A stretch of DNA of 64,000 nt, taken from contig ML978137.1 of NCBI GenBank assembly GCA_010015805.1, forward strand, positions 1 through 64,000. The letters are read 5' to 3'. Source of the DNA: Rhizodiscina lignyota. Its lineage: Eukaryota. Shown here one piece after another: positions 38,727 through 51,876 of the stretch. A program made the position numbers and the translations under genes. The first letter of the stretch is position 1. The number at the start of each line of letters is the position of its first letter. Below the pieces are notes generated by a model. That model did no database searches and was not told where the DNA came from. It saw nothing but the letters and a program-made list of their open reading frames with translations.

Positions 38727-39527
38727 TGCACGATGTAGATGACACGACTGTTGTGGCCCTTGCAGACATTAAATTATTATTGAGGCCCATAACAGCGAAT
38801 ATCAGCATGATCATATATTTGGATCGTCGACGCATTTACCCGTACAGAAGTGGTTAGTGGTGGATCGAGGGGTTTTATGGATAAGCACGAGCACGGGGTC
38901 CTTCGGGATATAAAAAGGATCTGCACCCTGTGCTCTGGTCCCGCAGTATGTAAGCCGACAATAAAACATGATGAACGCTGCGCCATTTACAGTCCGCTAA
39001 TGGAACTTTTGCCTTTCAAGTGCAAGTGTAGTGCCATGGCGCGCTACTGTAATGCAGTGGTCCGTCCGTTTTCTTTTGAGTAACATGGGAACGCCTCGCC
39101 CGACCCCATGTTCTAGTTGAAGAGTTGTTCTTTACGACGTGCACGTCATATGCACAGTCGACCCGCCTAATTTCGATAATGGTGAGATCTACCCTTCTGT
39201 TTGATAATCTGTGGATCACTAGATCAAGGATGCCCTCCCCTGGGGCCACAAGCGACTGGTTGGATTTCTACAAAAACTTCAAATGCACTCCACGTCCTTG
39301 TCGTTGTTTGCTCTCCATCATAAGACCTCTCAACCTTTTTCTTCTCTTGCTAAATCACAATCGCTTAAGCTAACTTTCGTTTCGTTTTTCGTCTTTTATA
39401 CCTTCGAGGCTCGCCTTAGCGCGAATTCATCCTAAATCATAATATCTCCTCCGTGCGTTTCGCTGGATTGTCAAGCTATTCAATTAATTTCCCCACCCTT
39501 TCGAAAATGTTGAATCTTTTATACATC

Positions 39528-41581
39528 ATGCGATCTATGCATTTATTTATTGCGTTATCTACTATAATTGCATACTCTTCGGCGGTTGTTACAACGGGTG
39601 CAAGCGGCAATGGCGTGGGAGTGAGACTGGAAATTCGTACTCTCCAGCAAGACCCCGCCTCGTGGAATATTTACTTGCTTGCGCTTTCATCGATGCAAAA
39701 TGTTTCGCAGTCTGACCTCGAGTCATACTATCAGATTGCAAGTAATGCCTCCCGCCCCAAAGCTTTGATTAGTGAAACTTTGATTATCACATAAGCTCAC
39801 ATCTCTATTTACAGGAATCCATGGATATCCAAGTGGAGCATACGATGGAGTTACAGGAGTTACACCAAGTAGTCCTTCTCAGTATGAGGGCTACTGTCCG
39901 CATAGGTCCGTTTACTTTGGAACATGGCATCGTTGCTATGTTGCATTGTTTGAGCAAATACTACAGCAGCATGCATTGCAGGCAGCGAACAGTTTCCCTG
40001 CCGGGGCGGAAAAGGACAAATACGTCGATGCTGCCACGAATTTGAGATCTGCATATTGGGACTGGACAAACTCGAGCGATGGGGGCACTGCCTTCCCTAC
40101 TGTCTTCACGGATGCTACAGTGGAAGTCACCACGGTCCAGGCAAACAAAATAGTAAATGTCACCATGCCGAATCCATTACTTCTGTATCGCTTTCATCCA
40201 AACCCCGGCAAGTTCGACGAATCATATGTACGGTTATACCATATCAAACCTCATACAAGTTCACTTACTGTACTTAGTACGACCAATGGGCGACCACGTT
40301 ACGATCGCCTACAAATTATAATGCCAACACTCAGAGCCAAGAAAGCGTCTCTCGAAGTACCATCGATGAATATCGCACTTCACAGCGCGATCGACTATAC
40401 AAAGTTCTTACAAACAATACCGCGTCATACAACGTATTCGGCAATGAGCTTTGGTGTGGCGATTCATGTGGTGCAGATCGAGATAATATTGAATCGATCC
40501 ACGACAACATCCATGTTTGGGTGGGAGGCCAAAACGTCCCCGGCCATATGACGGATTTGGGTGTTGCTGCATACGATGCAACATTCTGGCTACACCATAC
40601 GTATGGAAAACACCCTACAAGTTTGACAGACGATCTTACATTTGGTTTAGGATGATTGATCGCGCCTTTTCACTCTGGCAAGCTTTGCATCCAGATGAGT
40701 GGTTCGAGCCGCAGACCCAGCAGGTGGGAACGTTTTGGTACAATCCAGGAACTGTCGCGCGTTCAACAGACGAACTGAAGCCATTCAAAAAAGACAGCAC
40801 AGGCGATTTTTGGACCTCTGATGACGTCCGGGACTGGACCGTTTTCAATTACCGTTATCCGGAATTGCCCCAAGGATATACCACTGCATCAGTCCGCGCC
40901 GCAGTCGACAAAGAATATGGCTCCGCCGATGATCCTCCAGCGATTGCTGCTAGTCCGGTACAACTACCTTCTCGAATCCGACGTTCTGCAAACACGGCGG
41001 CGCAGTCATACGAATATTTCATCAACGTCCGTGCTAATACTTACGCACTTCGTGAGTCTTACTCTATCTATGCCTTCCTTGGAGAGGCCGGACCGCCTTC
41101 AACTTGGATCACAAGCGGAAACACTGTCGGCACTCAGGCTGTTACCATGAGCCGGATGGCGCTTAAAGGCGGTGCACCCCCATCAGTAATGGTCTCTGGC
41201 GTTATCCCATTGAGTCGCGCCATCAAGCGGAGAATCGCTAGTGGCGAGCTTAAGTACTCCACAATTGACGATATTAATGGGTATCTAAAGAAGAACCTGA
41301 GTTGGAAAGTCCTCGCAGTAAGCTTCTCAGTGCTCTCGACTTGAATAACGCAGAAGCTTACCCAGACGCAGAGCAACGGAACAGTATATAGTGCAAACGA
41401 TGTGCCGGGTCTTGTAATCTCAGTCGGACAATCGGTCTACAGCAATAGCGATAGTGTGAATGCTGAATCGCTTGGCAGTAAACTGCGGCACATGTACTCT
41501 AACATGCTTTCCGACATCACCGAAGGAAAGGAGGGTGGTCTTACTCAGGAACTGGAGGCTGCTTTATGGAAGGGTCACTAG
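39528..41581 (+). CDS. Secreted tyrosinase (type-3 copper protein), multi-exon (start may be 39507 or 39537)
   Basis: Signal-like N-terminus; CuA IHG...GYCPH...FGTWHR; YWDW; CuB ESIHDNIHVWVGG...GHM...FWLHH; C-terminal fungal tyrosinase shield region (YSIYAFLG, VSGVIPL, YLKKNLSW). Confidence 0.9.
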
Positions 41582-41887
41582 GATTTCATAATACTCTACA
41601 TGGACAGCATAGTTAATAGCTGAACGCTATGTGTTGAGCCTTTCGTTCTGCTTGGACTCTTCGTCGAATATGTATGTCTTATTCAACGAACAGAAACATG
41701 AGTCTAAAAGAATTATCCCAATGAATATATCCAGGTCCGCTGCAATGAAAAGCACAAAATCTCAGAACGCAGCAAGCTCAGACAAAGCTATGATATTATG
41801 CGCATTGGAAAAATATGCTCAGCTCTTTCAATGAATTAGAATTGTCAATCTTCGCCTGAGTGCAAGTGAGTCTCGTCGGAAGCAGCC

Positions 41888-42378
41888 TCTAAGTGGCTCT
41901 TGTCGTTGGAAACTTTTCCCACATAGGCATCGGTCGTAGTGGGCTATTTCTACTTCAAAGTAATCTTTAAATCTTTACGGTTACAGAAAAGATGCAAATT
42001 ACTTACGCTGTTCCGTTCGACAAGGTCGCGTGCGGCAACATTTGCTGTTCAAGTTGGGACAGCCTCAGCAGTGGGACTCGGGGCCACAAAAACCATAGTG
42101 GTCTTCAGTTCGTTAGCTCAGGCTTCATGGCGGCGAACAATCGGAAAGATGTCGCTCACCGTGCCGTGATCTTGCAGAAGCTGGCCGAGCACGCTGCCGA
42201 GGTATTCCAAGTTGGATTCCATGAATTCCGTACCCACAGTAACAGGTACTGCCTGAGGAGGGAGAGATGATAGCGTCGGGGGTGATAGCGCTCGTTTGCT
42301 CTCTGTTGCTGTGGGGCTAGAGTTACCAGGCTCAAACAGCATGGCGGTGGATACGAGAACGAGAAGAACGAGCTTCAT
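41888..42378 (-). CDS. Putative small secreted protein (exon structure uncertain)
   Basis: Hydrophobic signal peptide MKLVLLVLVSTAML followed by an ESKR dibasic site. Downstream GTGAGC...GCTAAC...AAG and GTAAGT splice signals. TATATAA upstream on the minus strand near 42500. Confidence 0.4.
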
Positions 42379-43360
42379 GATTCAGCGGAGAGAAGTAGAT
42401 TAAGTGAGGGTGAACACTGAGAGGACTGTAATGTGGTGAACCAATTATGTGTAAAGAATAAGAGAAGAGGAGAGCGGACGCTCAAACAGCAAGGGAAGCT
42501 TATATACGCGGAACTTGCAACTGTGAGCGATGACGTTCATTTGACCAGATACCAAATGAAATACGTATCATCTTGCCTGCCCGCGGCGTTGTGCATACAT
42601 TGATTCGAAAGACGTTGGAATCTATGACGTTATAGTTTCTTTCCGCGGACCCTGAAACAGCTCGGCGGTTATTGTCTGCGGCACAGGACTATCGGAAATC
42701 GGTGGCAAGAAGCACAGTTTATGGGGTTTGGGGTGTCTGGAGGGTATTCTACGGAATATCGGCGACTATGACGGTCATGGAAAACGATTTGGTGCTGGGA
42801 GAATGACGGATTGGCTCCTGGATGCAGGCGTTGTGGGGCGCGGCGGTATGTGACATTGATATGAGGCGTAGCATATAACTTGTGTATCATGGGCCCATTA
42901 GGGCATCTTGAACCAGGGAGAGATGATGGGATGGAATGTCCTGCGGAATAAGCAAATTGACATAACAAAGAGGATGGAGGATAAGATTCTTTCAATTTGA
43001 TGACGCATCCACGGATCTAGACTGCTATGCTAGAAACTAAAGGCTTTGGAGCCTGCCATCATTCCTCTCTGACGCCAATGTTAAGCCCGTGGAACTGAAT
43101 GGTTTGCCATGGCGCGGAACGATCGATACTACCCAGTCCACCACATCCAACTGTGAATTCGATAATCTCATATTGATTAGTTTAGTCGTCATTCGTGGGT
43201 ATCAGAGCCCCAGCTGCCGGAGTGGGAACTCTTGTCGTCCCATGTGTGCCACGAAACTTGGTGGTGTTCAGCGAATCGAGCTAACATCTACTCTACGCCA
43301 ACAATGGCGAGTCCCCTTCTCGTTCCCTATTCATCACAAATGAATCTGATCGCAGTGCGT

Positions 43361-45853
43361 TCAATCTTCCAACAAAGATGCGGCCTTCTCCACCAAGCCG
43401 GTAATAATGCCCGTCCACTTGTAAACACCACCCTTATTTCCCTCCTCAATGGCTTCAACGAGAGGCGGGAATGTTGCTCCAGCGTAACCTGTCCAGATAC
43501 CCGGGGCGAAGACGACATGCTTGAACCACGGCCTCTTATCAAAGCCTTTATGATAGAGGAATTGGCGCTCTAGCATCTTGTACTTGTCGTTAATTTTCCG
43601 CACGGCATAATACTGCTTTACTCGAGACCACCACCTCCACCATGGAATAGGGTTCTCGTCAATCTCTTGCTGGAGTTTGGCTGCTTTGGCGTCGAAGGCA
43701 GTGGATGCATTATGGAGACGGTTGATAGAAGAGACTAGAGGTGCGAAGTTGAAGGGAGCATTGTCCGGCGTGATTGGGAGAGGTGCAGCAAGATCAGCCT
43801 CTGTGGAAAACCCAGCTGCATCAGTGGTGTTGGCAGCCACTTCTTTCAAGCGATCAAGATATGATAAGAGAGCGTCTGCATAGTCGGTCGCATGGAATGG
43901 GATGATGGGGGTTTCGGAGATCTTGGCGGCTAGGACGCCAAAGACACGGGCAACTGTTGCATGGTAATGCCAGCCTTTGTCGCCGAATTTGTTCATCCAA
44001 TCGAATGAATCGTAGTTGGAATGGTAGTGATAGACGGCGTCGCCAGGGCTGGTATCAAAACCCAGATCAACACAGGGAATGCCTGCAAAGTCTTGGAAAG
44101 CAGTAAAGTCGCTTCCAGAACCCATCGTCCTGATTTGTTTGTCCCAAAGATCGTACACAGTTTGACCCTTCTTCGTCTGGTTGGCAGAGAGGATCATTTT
44201 CGTCGTGTCGATGAGTGCTTGGTTGAGGAGGGGTGCTGCAGAAGCCTTGAAATGAGTTCCATCGGCGCCAACGTCGACATTCAAATAAGCAACTGCAGTC
44301 TTGCCCAGCCATTGCACGTAGTCCTCGACCCATTCAGTGCTTCCAAGAAGTCCGTATTCTTCTCCATCCCAACTCGCAAATACAATCGTACGGAGAGGTT
44401 TCCAACCTTTGGAGACAGCGACTCCAAAAGATCGCACGACCTCATTCAGTGCAGCAGACCCGCTATTTGGATCAGCTGCACCTCCAGCGATCCATGCGTC
44501 GCGGTGGTTCCCCAGGATAACAACTTCGTCTTGGAGCGTTCCGTTGATGAAGCCGATGACGTCCCATTGAGGGGTGATGACGTACTCTTGCTCATTGAAA
44601 AGATTTAAGGCGACATTGTCAGGCGTTGGGCCAATATTGTATTTGACCCCCTTGTATCCAAGACCGCCAGTCTTCCAGGACTTCCCAAGAGAGGAGGCCT
44701 TGGGGCCATGTCCGTTGAGGGCTTTAAGAATCGGCAGAGCATCAAGATATGATATTGGAACAGACGGAATAGAAGGTGTAGAGTGGTTCGCATTCACACG
44801 TGGGCATCCTGGTTTAGATGGCCAGCCAGGAGTTGTGGGATCGCCAGGAGCGATACCTTGGAAATCTGTCAGTGAAAGAAGATTATCAGGGGTTATCAGG
44901 ATCATACTTAAAAATTGTACGCTGCCTCTCTGCACACTGCTGGGATTCCTGGCCGGCCCCTTGGGATATGGCTCGTATCCATCCTCCTCTGTGATGCTAT
45001 CATCACCAGGGTCGCTATAGATGACAGCACCGACCATGCCAAGCTCTTGTGCGCGTTTGATCTTCAATCCTCTAAAGATTTCACCGTACTTGACAACCGC
45101 AATCTTGCCCTTGAGGCTCACATTTGCAGCCTGGAGGTCTTCGAAGTCCTGGAAGGTTCCATAATTGCAAAAGACGTACGACGCAGTCACATTCCCACTG
45201 GCGCTATAGCCATGAAAAGTAGGAATGCGGTCCTTCAGCCCGCTGGTGTGGTCTTCCTCAAGGACGTCCTCTTCTAGGCTCGCTTCATATTTGACCTTCC
45301 ATGACGCCTTGGTCTCGACATCATCCTCTTTCGACTTGCTCTCCTTCTCTAAGAGTGCTAGTCGGTGTCCAAGAGGATAATTGGTGTAGATATCATAAGC
45401 AACGATCTCTGCGTGATTTACACCGAACTCCGTCCATTTATCTCTCGTCCATTCGGCTTGGCTCAGATTTTTTCCAGCCAAGTGCGGACCTGCAGTGTAA
45501 TATGCGCTCCACTCCTTTGCCTTCTCCTCGGTTGGCGTCTCAGCCAGTATATCAATCAACTCGTCATATGTCAGCCCATCATCTGCTTGTGCCTTCAACG
45601 ACAACGCAGTATTGTCATTGTTTCGAAAGAAGGGGTGCTTCGATAAGCAGAATTTCGAGTGTCTGTGGTTGTGGCGCCGCAGGTCTTCGCAATCGGGTAT
45701 CACAAACAGGAGGAGGAGAAAAACCACAATCGCAATCAACAGCACGGCGGAGAGGAGGAATGTACAGAATCGGCGAAGCGTCTGATGGGGATACCGCCGC
45801 CTTGGTTGCTCGACGCGAACGACGGCAAGTAATGGGGTGCGTTCGCCCGACAT
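43361..45853 (-). CDS. Glutamate carboxypeptidase II / Vps70-Tre-like M28 peptidase with PA and TfR-dimerisation domains (small in-frame intron near 44860-44908)
   Basis: N-terminal TM; PTFHGYSASG, NYG, YSDP, VQRGSV, GDPTTPG, GNHRDAW, DPNSG, SWDGEEYGLLGSTEW, GSGSDFTAF, YHYHSNYD, RPWFKHVVFAPG. Confidence 0.95.
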   Translation of the reverse strand: MSGERTPLLAVVRVEQPRRRYPHQTLRRFCTFLLSAVLLIAIVVFLLLLFVIPDCEDLRRHNHRHSKFCLSKHPFFRNNDNTALSLKAQADDGLTYDELIDILAETPTEEKAKEWSAYYTAGPHLAGKNLSQAEWTRDKWTEFGVNHAEIVAYDIYTNYPLGHRLALLEKESKSKEDDVETKASWKVKYEASLEEDVLEEDHTSGLKDRIPTFHGYSASGNVTASYVFCNYGTFQDFEDLQAANVSLKGKIAVVKYGEIFRGLKIKRAQELGMVGAVIYSDPGDDSITEEDGYEPYPKGPARNPSSVQRGSVQFLSMILITPDNLLSLTDFQGIAPGDPTTPGWPSKPGCPRVNANHSTPSIPSVPISYLDALPILKALNGHGPKASSLGKSWKTGGLGYKGVKYNIGPTPDNVALNLFNEQEYVITPQWDVIGFINGTLQDEVVILGNHRDAWIAGGAADPNSGSAALNEVVRSFGVAVSKGWKPLRTIVFASWDGEEYGLLGSTEWVEDYVQWLGKTAVAYLNVDVGADGTHFKASAAPLLNQALIDTTKMILSANQTKKGQTVYDLWDKQIRTMGSGSDFTAFQDFAGIPCVDLGFDTSPGDAVYHYHSNYDSFDWMNKFGDKGWHYHATVARVFGVLAAKISETPIIPFHATDYADALLSYLDRLKEVAANTTDAAGFSTEADLAAPLPITPDNAPFNFAPLVSSINRLHNASTAFDAKAAKLQQEIDENPIPWWRWWSRVKQYYAVRKINDKYKMLERQFLYHKGFDKRPWFKHVVFAPGIWTGYAGATFPPLVEAIEEGNKGGVYKWTGIITGLVEKAASLLED

Positions 45854-46362
45854 TATCGTGTACTGAAATGGAGATACAATATGTGAATCAAGTCTTTGCC
45901 ATTTGATGATATGAGCAAAGCCAGCTGCTCTCGTGGTGGAGTGACGGAATTAATGGACTCATGCCGTGCTGCCGACCAAGCAACCAGCCCCCTCCTTGTC
46001 CCTCAAGGTCAGACCTCGAATCAAGATACGTCACGTGGCTTGGCACGCTAACGCGAATTCAATCTCGTCCATCTCAAACTTTATTCTAACCTTCTTATGT
46101 CATCGTTCATCTCATCTTCTTTGCGAGACTTGAACCTTTGCTTCATATGGAGTGCAAGGAGCCAGATGTTATGGATGGAAGTTGCACATTTTAACAGACA
46201 TTATCGGTATCGTACCGGCCATGACATCTGAGCGAAGATCTTCCGAGCGAGCAAGCCCACCCTGGTCCCAAGTTGGAGAGGAGTGTACATACAACATTAC
46301 ACGCGCAATTGATGGCGTTCCCTTTCTCATTACCCCGTTCTCTTATCAGAATGACCCTACCC

Positions 46363-47693
46363 TCAATTTTCCCTGAGGACAGCCTCGATGACACTAAAAT
46401 TGCCACCATCGCAAGATATAATCTGCATAATCTCAAACCCTCCTTGGTCCAACAGTGAGCGCCATTGCATTTCCGCTCTCTCCTTACCTGCAATGGTCAT
46501 CATATTCATGTCCCGCAAACAGAAACCAGCGCTCGGGTTCCGATTTGGAAGTACAAGATCGCAGATGAGCAGCTTCGAATGAGAGTGTCCACGCATTGCC
46601 GGCTTCAAGTTTTCGAGAATCGCCAAGCAAGCGTTGTCTGGCCAGTCATGAAAAATCCACTTCAAGAGGTAGCTCGAGCCTTCATTTTGATTAGCAAGCG
46701 CTCCGTACGTTTAGAATTGACATTGAGCATCTACGCACCTTTGACTGGTTGCACTTCCTTGAAGAAGTCATACGGCATCAACTTCGCATCTGGCTCAGGC
46801 ACCACTGTCCCTGCTTCCAGCACACTCTTTAAATCTTGCAGCACGATCTTACCCTTCATCTCAGGATGATGCTTCAGCACTTCCTTCTCTACATTCCCTC
46901 TCCCACCTCCAACATCGACGTACATTATACCGTCTTCATTGGGCGTAAGCTTCTCGAACGGGTATGCGTCGACTAGAGCCTGTAATCCCAACAACCCCTG
47001 GATACTCATGGCCTCCTGTAGCAGCCTTCCGCGCCACGGGATTCTCTCGAAGATGTCCCATGCACTCTCGTCCTTCGCACCGTGTGCGAATGTGAACGGG
47101 CAATTCTTCCCATCTTCGGGACTCTTGAATCCGAACTCATTGAAGTAGTATCCCGCTGCTCCGGTCTGTGCATTCAGCATGTTATCGAAATTGTGCACGA
47201 TCCCTGCTTTTGTTGGCCCTTGATTGGCGAATCGCGAGAATTCCGTATGACCGTACGATAATGTGCCAGATGCCGACTCACTCTCGACAAGTATATTATA
47301 GGCGGCAAGGAGTCTCGCGATGCGAAGGACGAATTCTTCTTCCGCGTTGCATGCCTTTGCAATATCCGAGATGGTAATCACAGATCCATCTAGCGGTAAG
47401 GTATCCAAGAGCTTCATCTCAATGGCGATCCTTGCAGCAGCGTTCAAATGGGGTCGAAAAGTGAACTCCAGGAATCGTTGGGGCAGTGGCGTGGTATTCG
47501 CGGCGAGTTTTGCAGAAGTCGCCGAAATCTCCTGGAGCGCCGATAGTTTGTCTTCCGCTGATGCCGCATTCTGATATGTATTGAGAGAATTTTGAATACT
47601 TTTCGATAAGTCTGAAAGCAATTCGACTGGTGGATTGAATGGTGGAGGTCCTTGTCGTGCGGCGGGCTGACCTCCACTGTTTCGTTGTGCCAT
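46363..47693 (-). CDS. SAM-dependent O-methyltransferase (methyltransf_2, OmtA-like; intron ~46680-46738)
   Basis: Dimerisation helix-turn-helix region, YVDVGGGRG, VLQDL, YDFF..QPVKG, LKWIFHDWPD, GKER. Confidence 0.92.
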
Positions 47694-48794
47694 CGTCGAC
47701 GTGGCGCTCTTCCTCCTGCAGGAGTTGCTGCGACCAACAGCACAAATTCAATTCGAACGTGGGGATACCGATAATTTTCAGGGAATTTGGAGACGGATTA
47801 AATATGTATGTTTTACTCTTATCAATTCAACGATGCGCACTTTGCAGATATTTCAAGGAGAATGATAGCAAAAGAGTTGAATGAGATTAAGGTCAGATAG
47901 GAAAAACCCTAGCGAACAATCTCTAAGATGTCTTTACCTTCTTATATCCTCCCCTCAATCGTCGCAATTAACATCACTCCGTTTGACTCTAGTGCGCATT
48001 AGACGCCCAATCCAATGACGTCTAGCGAAGTTCCGAGCATCCCCGCCAACTTTAACGCCGATCCACCAACTCCTAACGCCTCCTTAACCTACTAAGTCGG
48101 AGTAGCTGGCGACTCTTTTCAAGAGAGTGGCCCAAACTGGAATACGAAACACTCATGACTGTTCGAAGTCCCTTACGTACGTATGTGCCAAAAAAATATA
48201 TATATAATATGGCAGCCTGAAAAGATGGATGACTCTCGCAATACGTCAAAGCGGAGCTGAACGGATACTCTATCGCTTGCGACACAGGCGTTACTCTTAG
48301 GCAGTCACGAACTTAATCAAGAATTTGTGAAGACCTCTTGCTTTCACGGGTTGGTTTGTATAGGCTTCAATCTCGCGGAGTTCATGAGCGCTTTACCTTT
48401 ATTTTCGAATAGTTGATGCATCGATTCCCCAAATTTTCGAGCTATCAGTTATACTTTTCCATTGCCCTCTGCACTCTAGCAGAACCGAGCATCACAAAAT
48501 ATGCTAATGGACATCTCCTCATAGCACGTATTGTACGAGGTGCTTGCGATCCAAGCGCTCCATTAGACCTCACCACTATAGAATTACGACAATATACCGC
48601 TCAACAGAACACATACCTTCGTCACGACTGGCACTGTGCTAAAAGCGGCCGCTAACTATATAAAGGAAATAATTGATACCTCTCTCCGTTCTGAAAGCTT
48701 GAGTGTTGTTAAAATGTGGATCTATTAGCCAGTCCAAAGCCGTGCACTTTTAGCGTAATGTCAGTTGTGACGAAAGGTACGGTATCGGCATCGC

Positions 48795-48863
48795 TTGCTA
48801 TTGTAGTTGCTATTGTAGTCGTTACTGAGTCTAGCTTGCTATTGTAGGTCGTTGTTGAATCTA
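48795..48863. repeat. Short imperfect tandem/direct repeat (TTGCTATTGTAG x3)
   Basis: TTGCTATTGTAG at ~48795, 48807 and 48836; the last two copies extend with a similar TCGTT..TGA.TCTA. Confidence 0.7.
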
Positions 48864-49151
48864 CTTGTCTAGCAACCAAACAGGCGTGAAGAATATATGA
48901 TTTAGACTCTGTGTTTCCATCGTGCTATTGTCACGTCGATCGACTATTGTGTGTCAAAGAGCAAGTGTTCAAGACAGGAATCTCACTATAAAAACTAGTC
49001 CATCCATACTCTTCCTCACTTCTTTCATTATATCACGGGCTACACACCACGCACCACAAGCATCATCGTGAATGCACTTGTGCCAGTCCTATATACAACT
49101 TCTCACAGCTACATCCTTTGAAACATCACCCTATAATCACCATCCAGGCAT

Positions 49152-51405
49152 ATGCCCGATACCAAGAGCAAGAATCGATTGCTCACCGCTATACGAAATA
49201 CCTTTACCGAAATCAAGAACGACGTCAAGAAGGCGGTAGGGAAGATGTCTCGTAACCAGAACAAGAAGTCGCGCTGTGCGAAGCGCAAGGCCGAAAAGGC
49301 GAGGATTAAAGATACCGAAAGGACAATGTAAGGGAATTCCCTAGCTTGTCTCGTCGCTGCCTGTACTGATCCATGAACTGCAGTACCAACCTCGACTACC
49401 TGGACACTGTATCAGTACCAGAGCATACCCGAAATGATGAGCCTCAGAAGGACGCTGATAGCGGGGTCAACACACCTCCTCTAGAGCACTCAGAGAACCA
49501 CGTCGCGTAAGTATCTCAACAAATGCGGAGAGTTTCTCACAATGTGCTAACGAAGCTTCCACGCCATACAGTCCGAAGCAGAACCAAATCTTGAAGCCAA
49601 AGGAAAACAACGTCCGTTACTCCAAGAAAGTTGAATAGAGGCCGAAGCCTGTCCCAGGTAGTGAGGAGCAGCACAGCACTTCTAATGACCACAAGAAGAA
49701 AATTGCACAGCCTACACAATACCACTTGACAAATCTGCAGCCTGAGTCAATCCACCATATCCCGCAGACGGTTGACGATGATCATGAGGAAGAGCGCAAG
49801 AAGCAAGCCATATTTGCAGCGCGTCGAGCTGAGCTTGAGCTGATTGTTGCAAAGCACGAAGAGGCAAAGAAGACAGCGAAGCTTGAGGCTGCCCGCCAGG
49901 AGAAAGAACACAACGCCGAGAATTTTCGTCACGAGGCCGAACTACAAGCAGAAAAGCAGGGCCTACTCGGTGGAGCAACATCTGGCAAAGCCCTCTTCGA
50001 TGAAATGGATCTGGAGGCGGAAAATATCAAGATGCTCCCAAACCGACACCCCTCGAGCGGTAGGAGGAGCTCCAAGGGTAGTCCTCGTCGCGTTGTCTCC
50101 ACGGCACATTCTGATATCGATTTCCCAACATCTTTCCAATCTATGGTCGACTTGAACTTCTCCAGCTGGAACAATGCCCTCAAGCAGGTTGTGACGACTC
50201 CGGCGTCTGCTTCAGAGTCCTCTTCCGACAACATGGAGAATACAGCACATTCTGACACCACGACGCTGTCACCTCCTGTTATTCCTTCAGCTATGAAAGA
50301 GATTGATAGTCAAATCTCCGAAGCTGAAGGCCAAGCAATCACGCCCATACCCGTTACTGGGCATGCTAGTTCCCAGGTCGACGAGGATCACTCTCAGAAT
50401 GCGCAAGATGCTGAAGAACATGATATGGAAGCCCATGGAGATGCAGCGGCAGTGGATTCCCATGGCGCTCAGTCGACCCTTGACAACGAGTTTGAAGTAG
50501 AGTCGTCGTCATCTAGCTCATATTCAAAATCAACTGCTGGTGAGCAGGTCGAAGAGCAAGAAGACTCTGACGATACTACTTTGACGCTCGCAAATGGTAT
50601 TACCGGCAAGAATGACCTTCCGAAGCGCGCTACGAAGATCCAAGATCAGGGGCCTATCCAGGAAACTGACGTGGTAGAAGAAATCTCGAAAACGGCCCTG
50701 CATGGCAATGAGCTGCCAAACGTTGAGCATGCGCCTGAAGAGACTCGACCTGGCGACTCTGATGGGCAGACTTTTCCAGCTAATGGGGACATTTTGGAAG
50801 GCCACGACAACAATGGCCGCGTTGACAATGACAGCTCGACCAATGAGGGCAAAGCAACTGCTGAAGCGCACAAAGAGCACAAAGAGCACAAAGAAGAAGA
50901 TGGCACTCACTCGGCCCACTCTTCTACTGCTATTTCAGCTGCAGCTGATTCCGCCAGGAACAATGCTCTGAAGACAAAAGCGATCAAGAACTCTCGAGAG
51001 ATGTCATCAGCTACAGCAGCAAACCTGGGAACCATGACAAATTCGACAGCGAAACTCCGTGCTGCGTTGCAGATGATTGATTTGGAGGCACGCGAGCATG
51101 AACAAGCAGCTCAGAACGACCTCCGGGCCGCGCAGGAGCAGTTGAGAGCAGCTAGGACTTTGCGTGCGGGGCGCATTGCGATTATGAAGACCATGGGTAT
51201 CGATTCTGCCGAGCCACCGCGTACTCAGGAGTCCGCTGCTGGAAACTCGTCGGCGACGGCACCGCAGGAGTCCGATTCTCAAGCTGTCGTAAATGTTGAC
51301 TTGATGCTGACTCTTCTCGGTTTTGTGAAAGGAGGAGAAATGCCGATTGGGGATGCCATGGAATCTCTGCAGCAGATGCGCGGTGGTAACTACGGTCCTA
51401 TGTAG
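49152..51405 (+). CDS. Hypothetical low-complexity, coiled-coil protein (probably 4 exons)
   Basis: 559-codon open frame 49726-51405 preceded by GT-AG-bounded exons from ATG 49152 (MPDTKSKNRLL...). Basic N-terminus, acidic disordered middle and helical segments. No recognised domain. Confidence 0.6.
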
Positions 51406-51876
51406 GGACCCTGATTCTCTCGGCGAAACCTCTTCATTTCATGATGTTTCCATTGTTTTTCGACACCATTCAGTTGCGGTGTGCTTTGGCCACCAAATAG
51501 TTCATGTTTGGTTCGTTTCGAAGGCGAATATGAGGCGCATTCTGCTTGAAGTTCTGCAATGCAATTGTCTTTTTGGTTTCAATCGTGAGGGAAAATGTGA
51601 GTCACAGGCAAAATGGGATCTTACGCGCAGAAAGATCTATTCGGTGGTGGTTGTAGCTTCATTTCGTTTATCGAAGAGTATCGTATCGTCCGCCTGGCGG
51701 CCTGATACTCCATAGAGATAATTTTAAGCCCATTTTGCTCAATAATTAATCTGTTTGTATGTTTAATTATGGTCAAGTTCGTACATCTCTTCCGAAAGCG
51801 CAGTGGGTGAAGAGTCGGACGCGAAATAGACCCCTTCAGCCAGCTTAACCTCTCGATGTTATTGTTGATCATTATC

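Noticed and set aside
39528..47693. Tyrosinase plus O-methyltransferase as a secondary-metabolite cluster
   Set aside because: There is no backbone synthase, and the two genes are separated by a conserved housekeeping peptidase.
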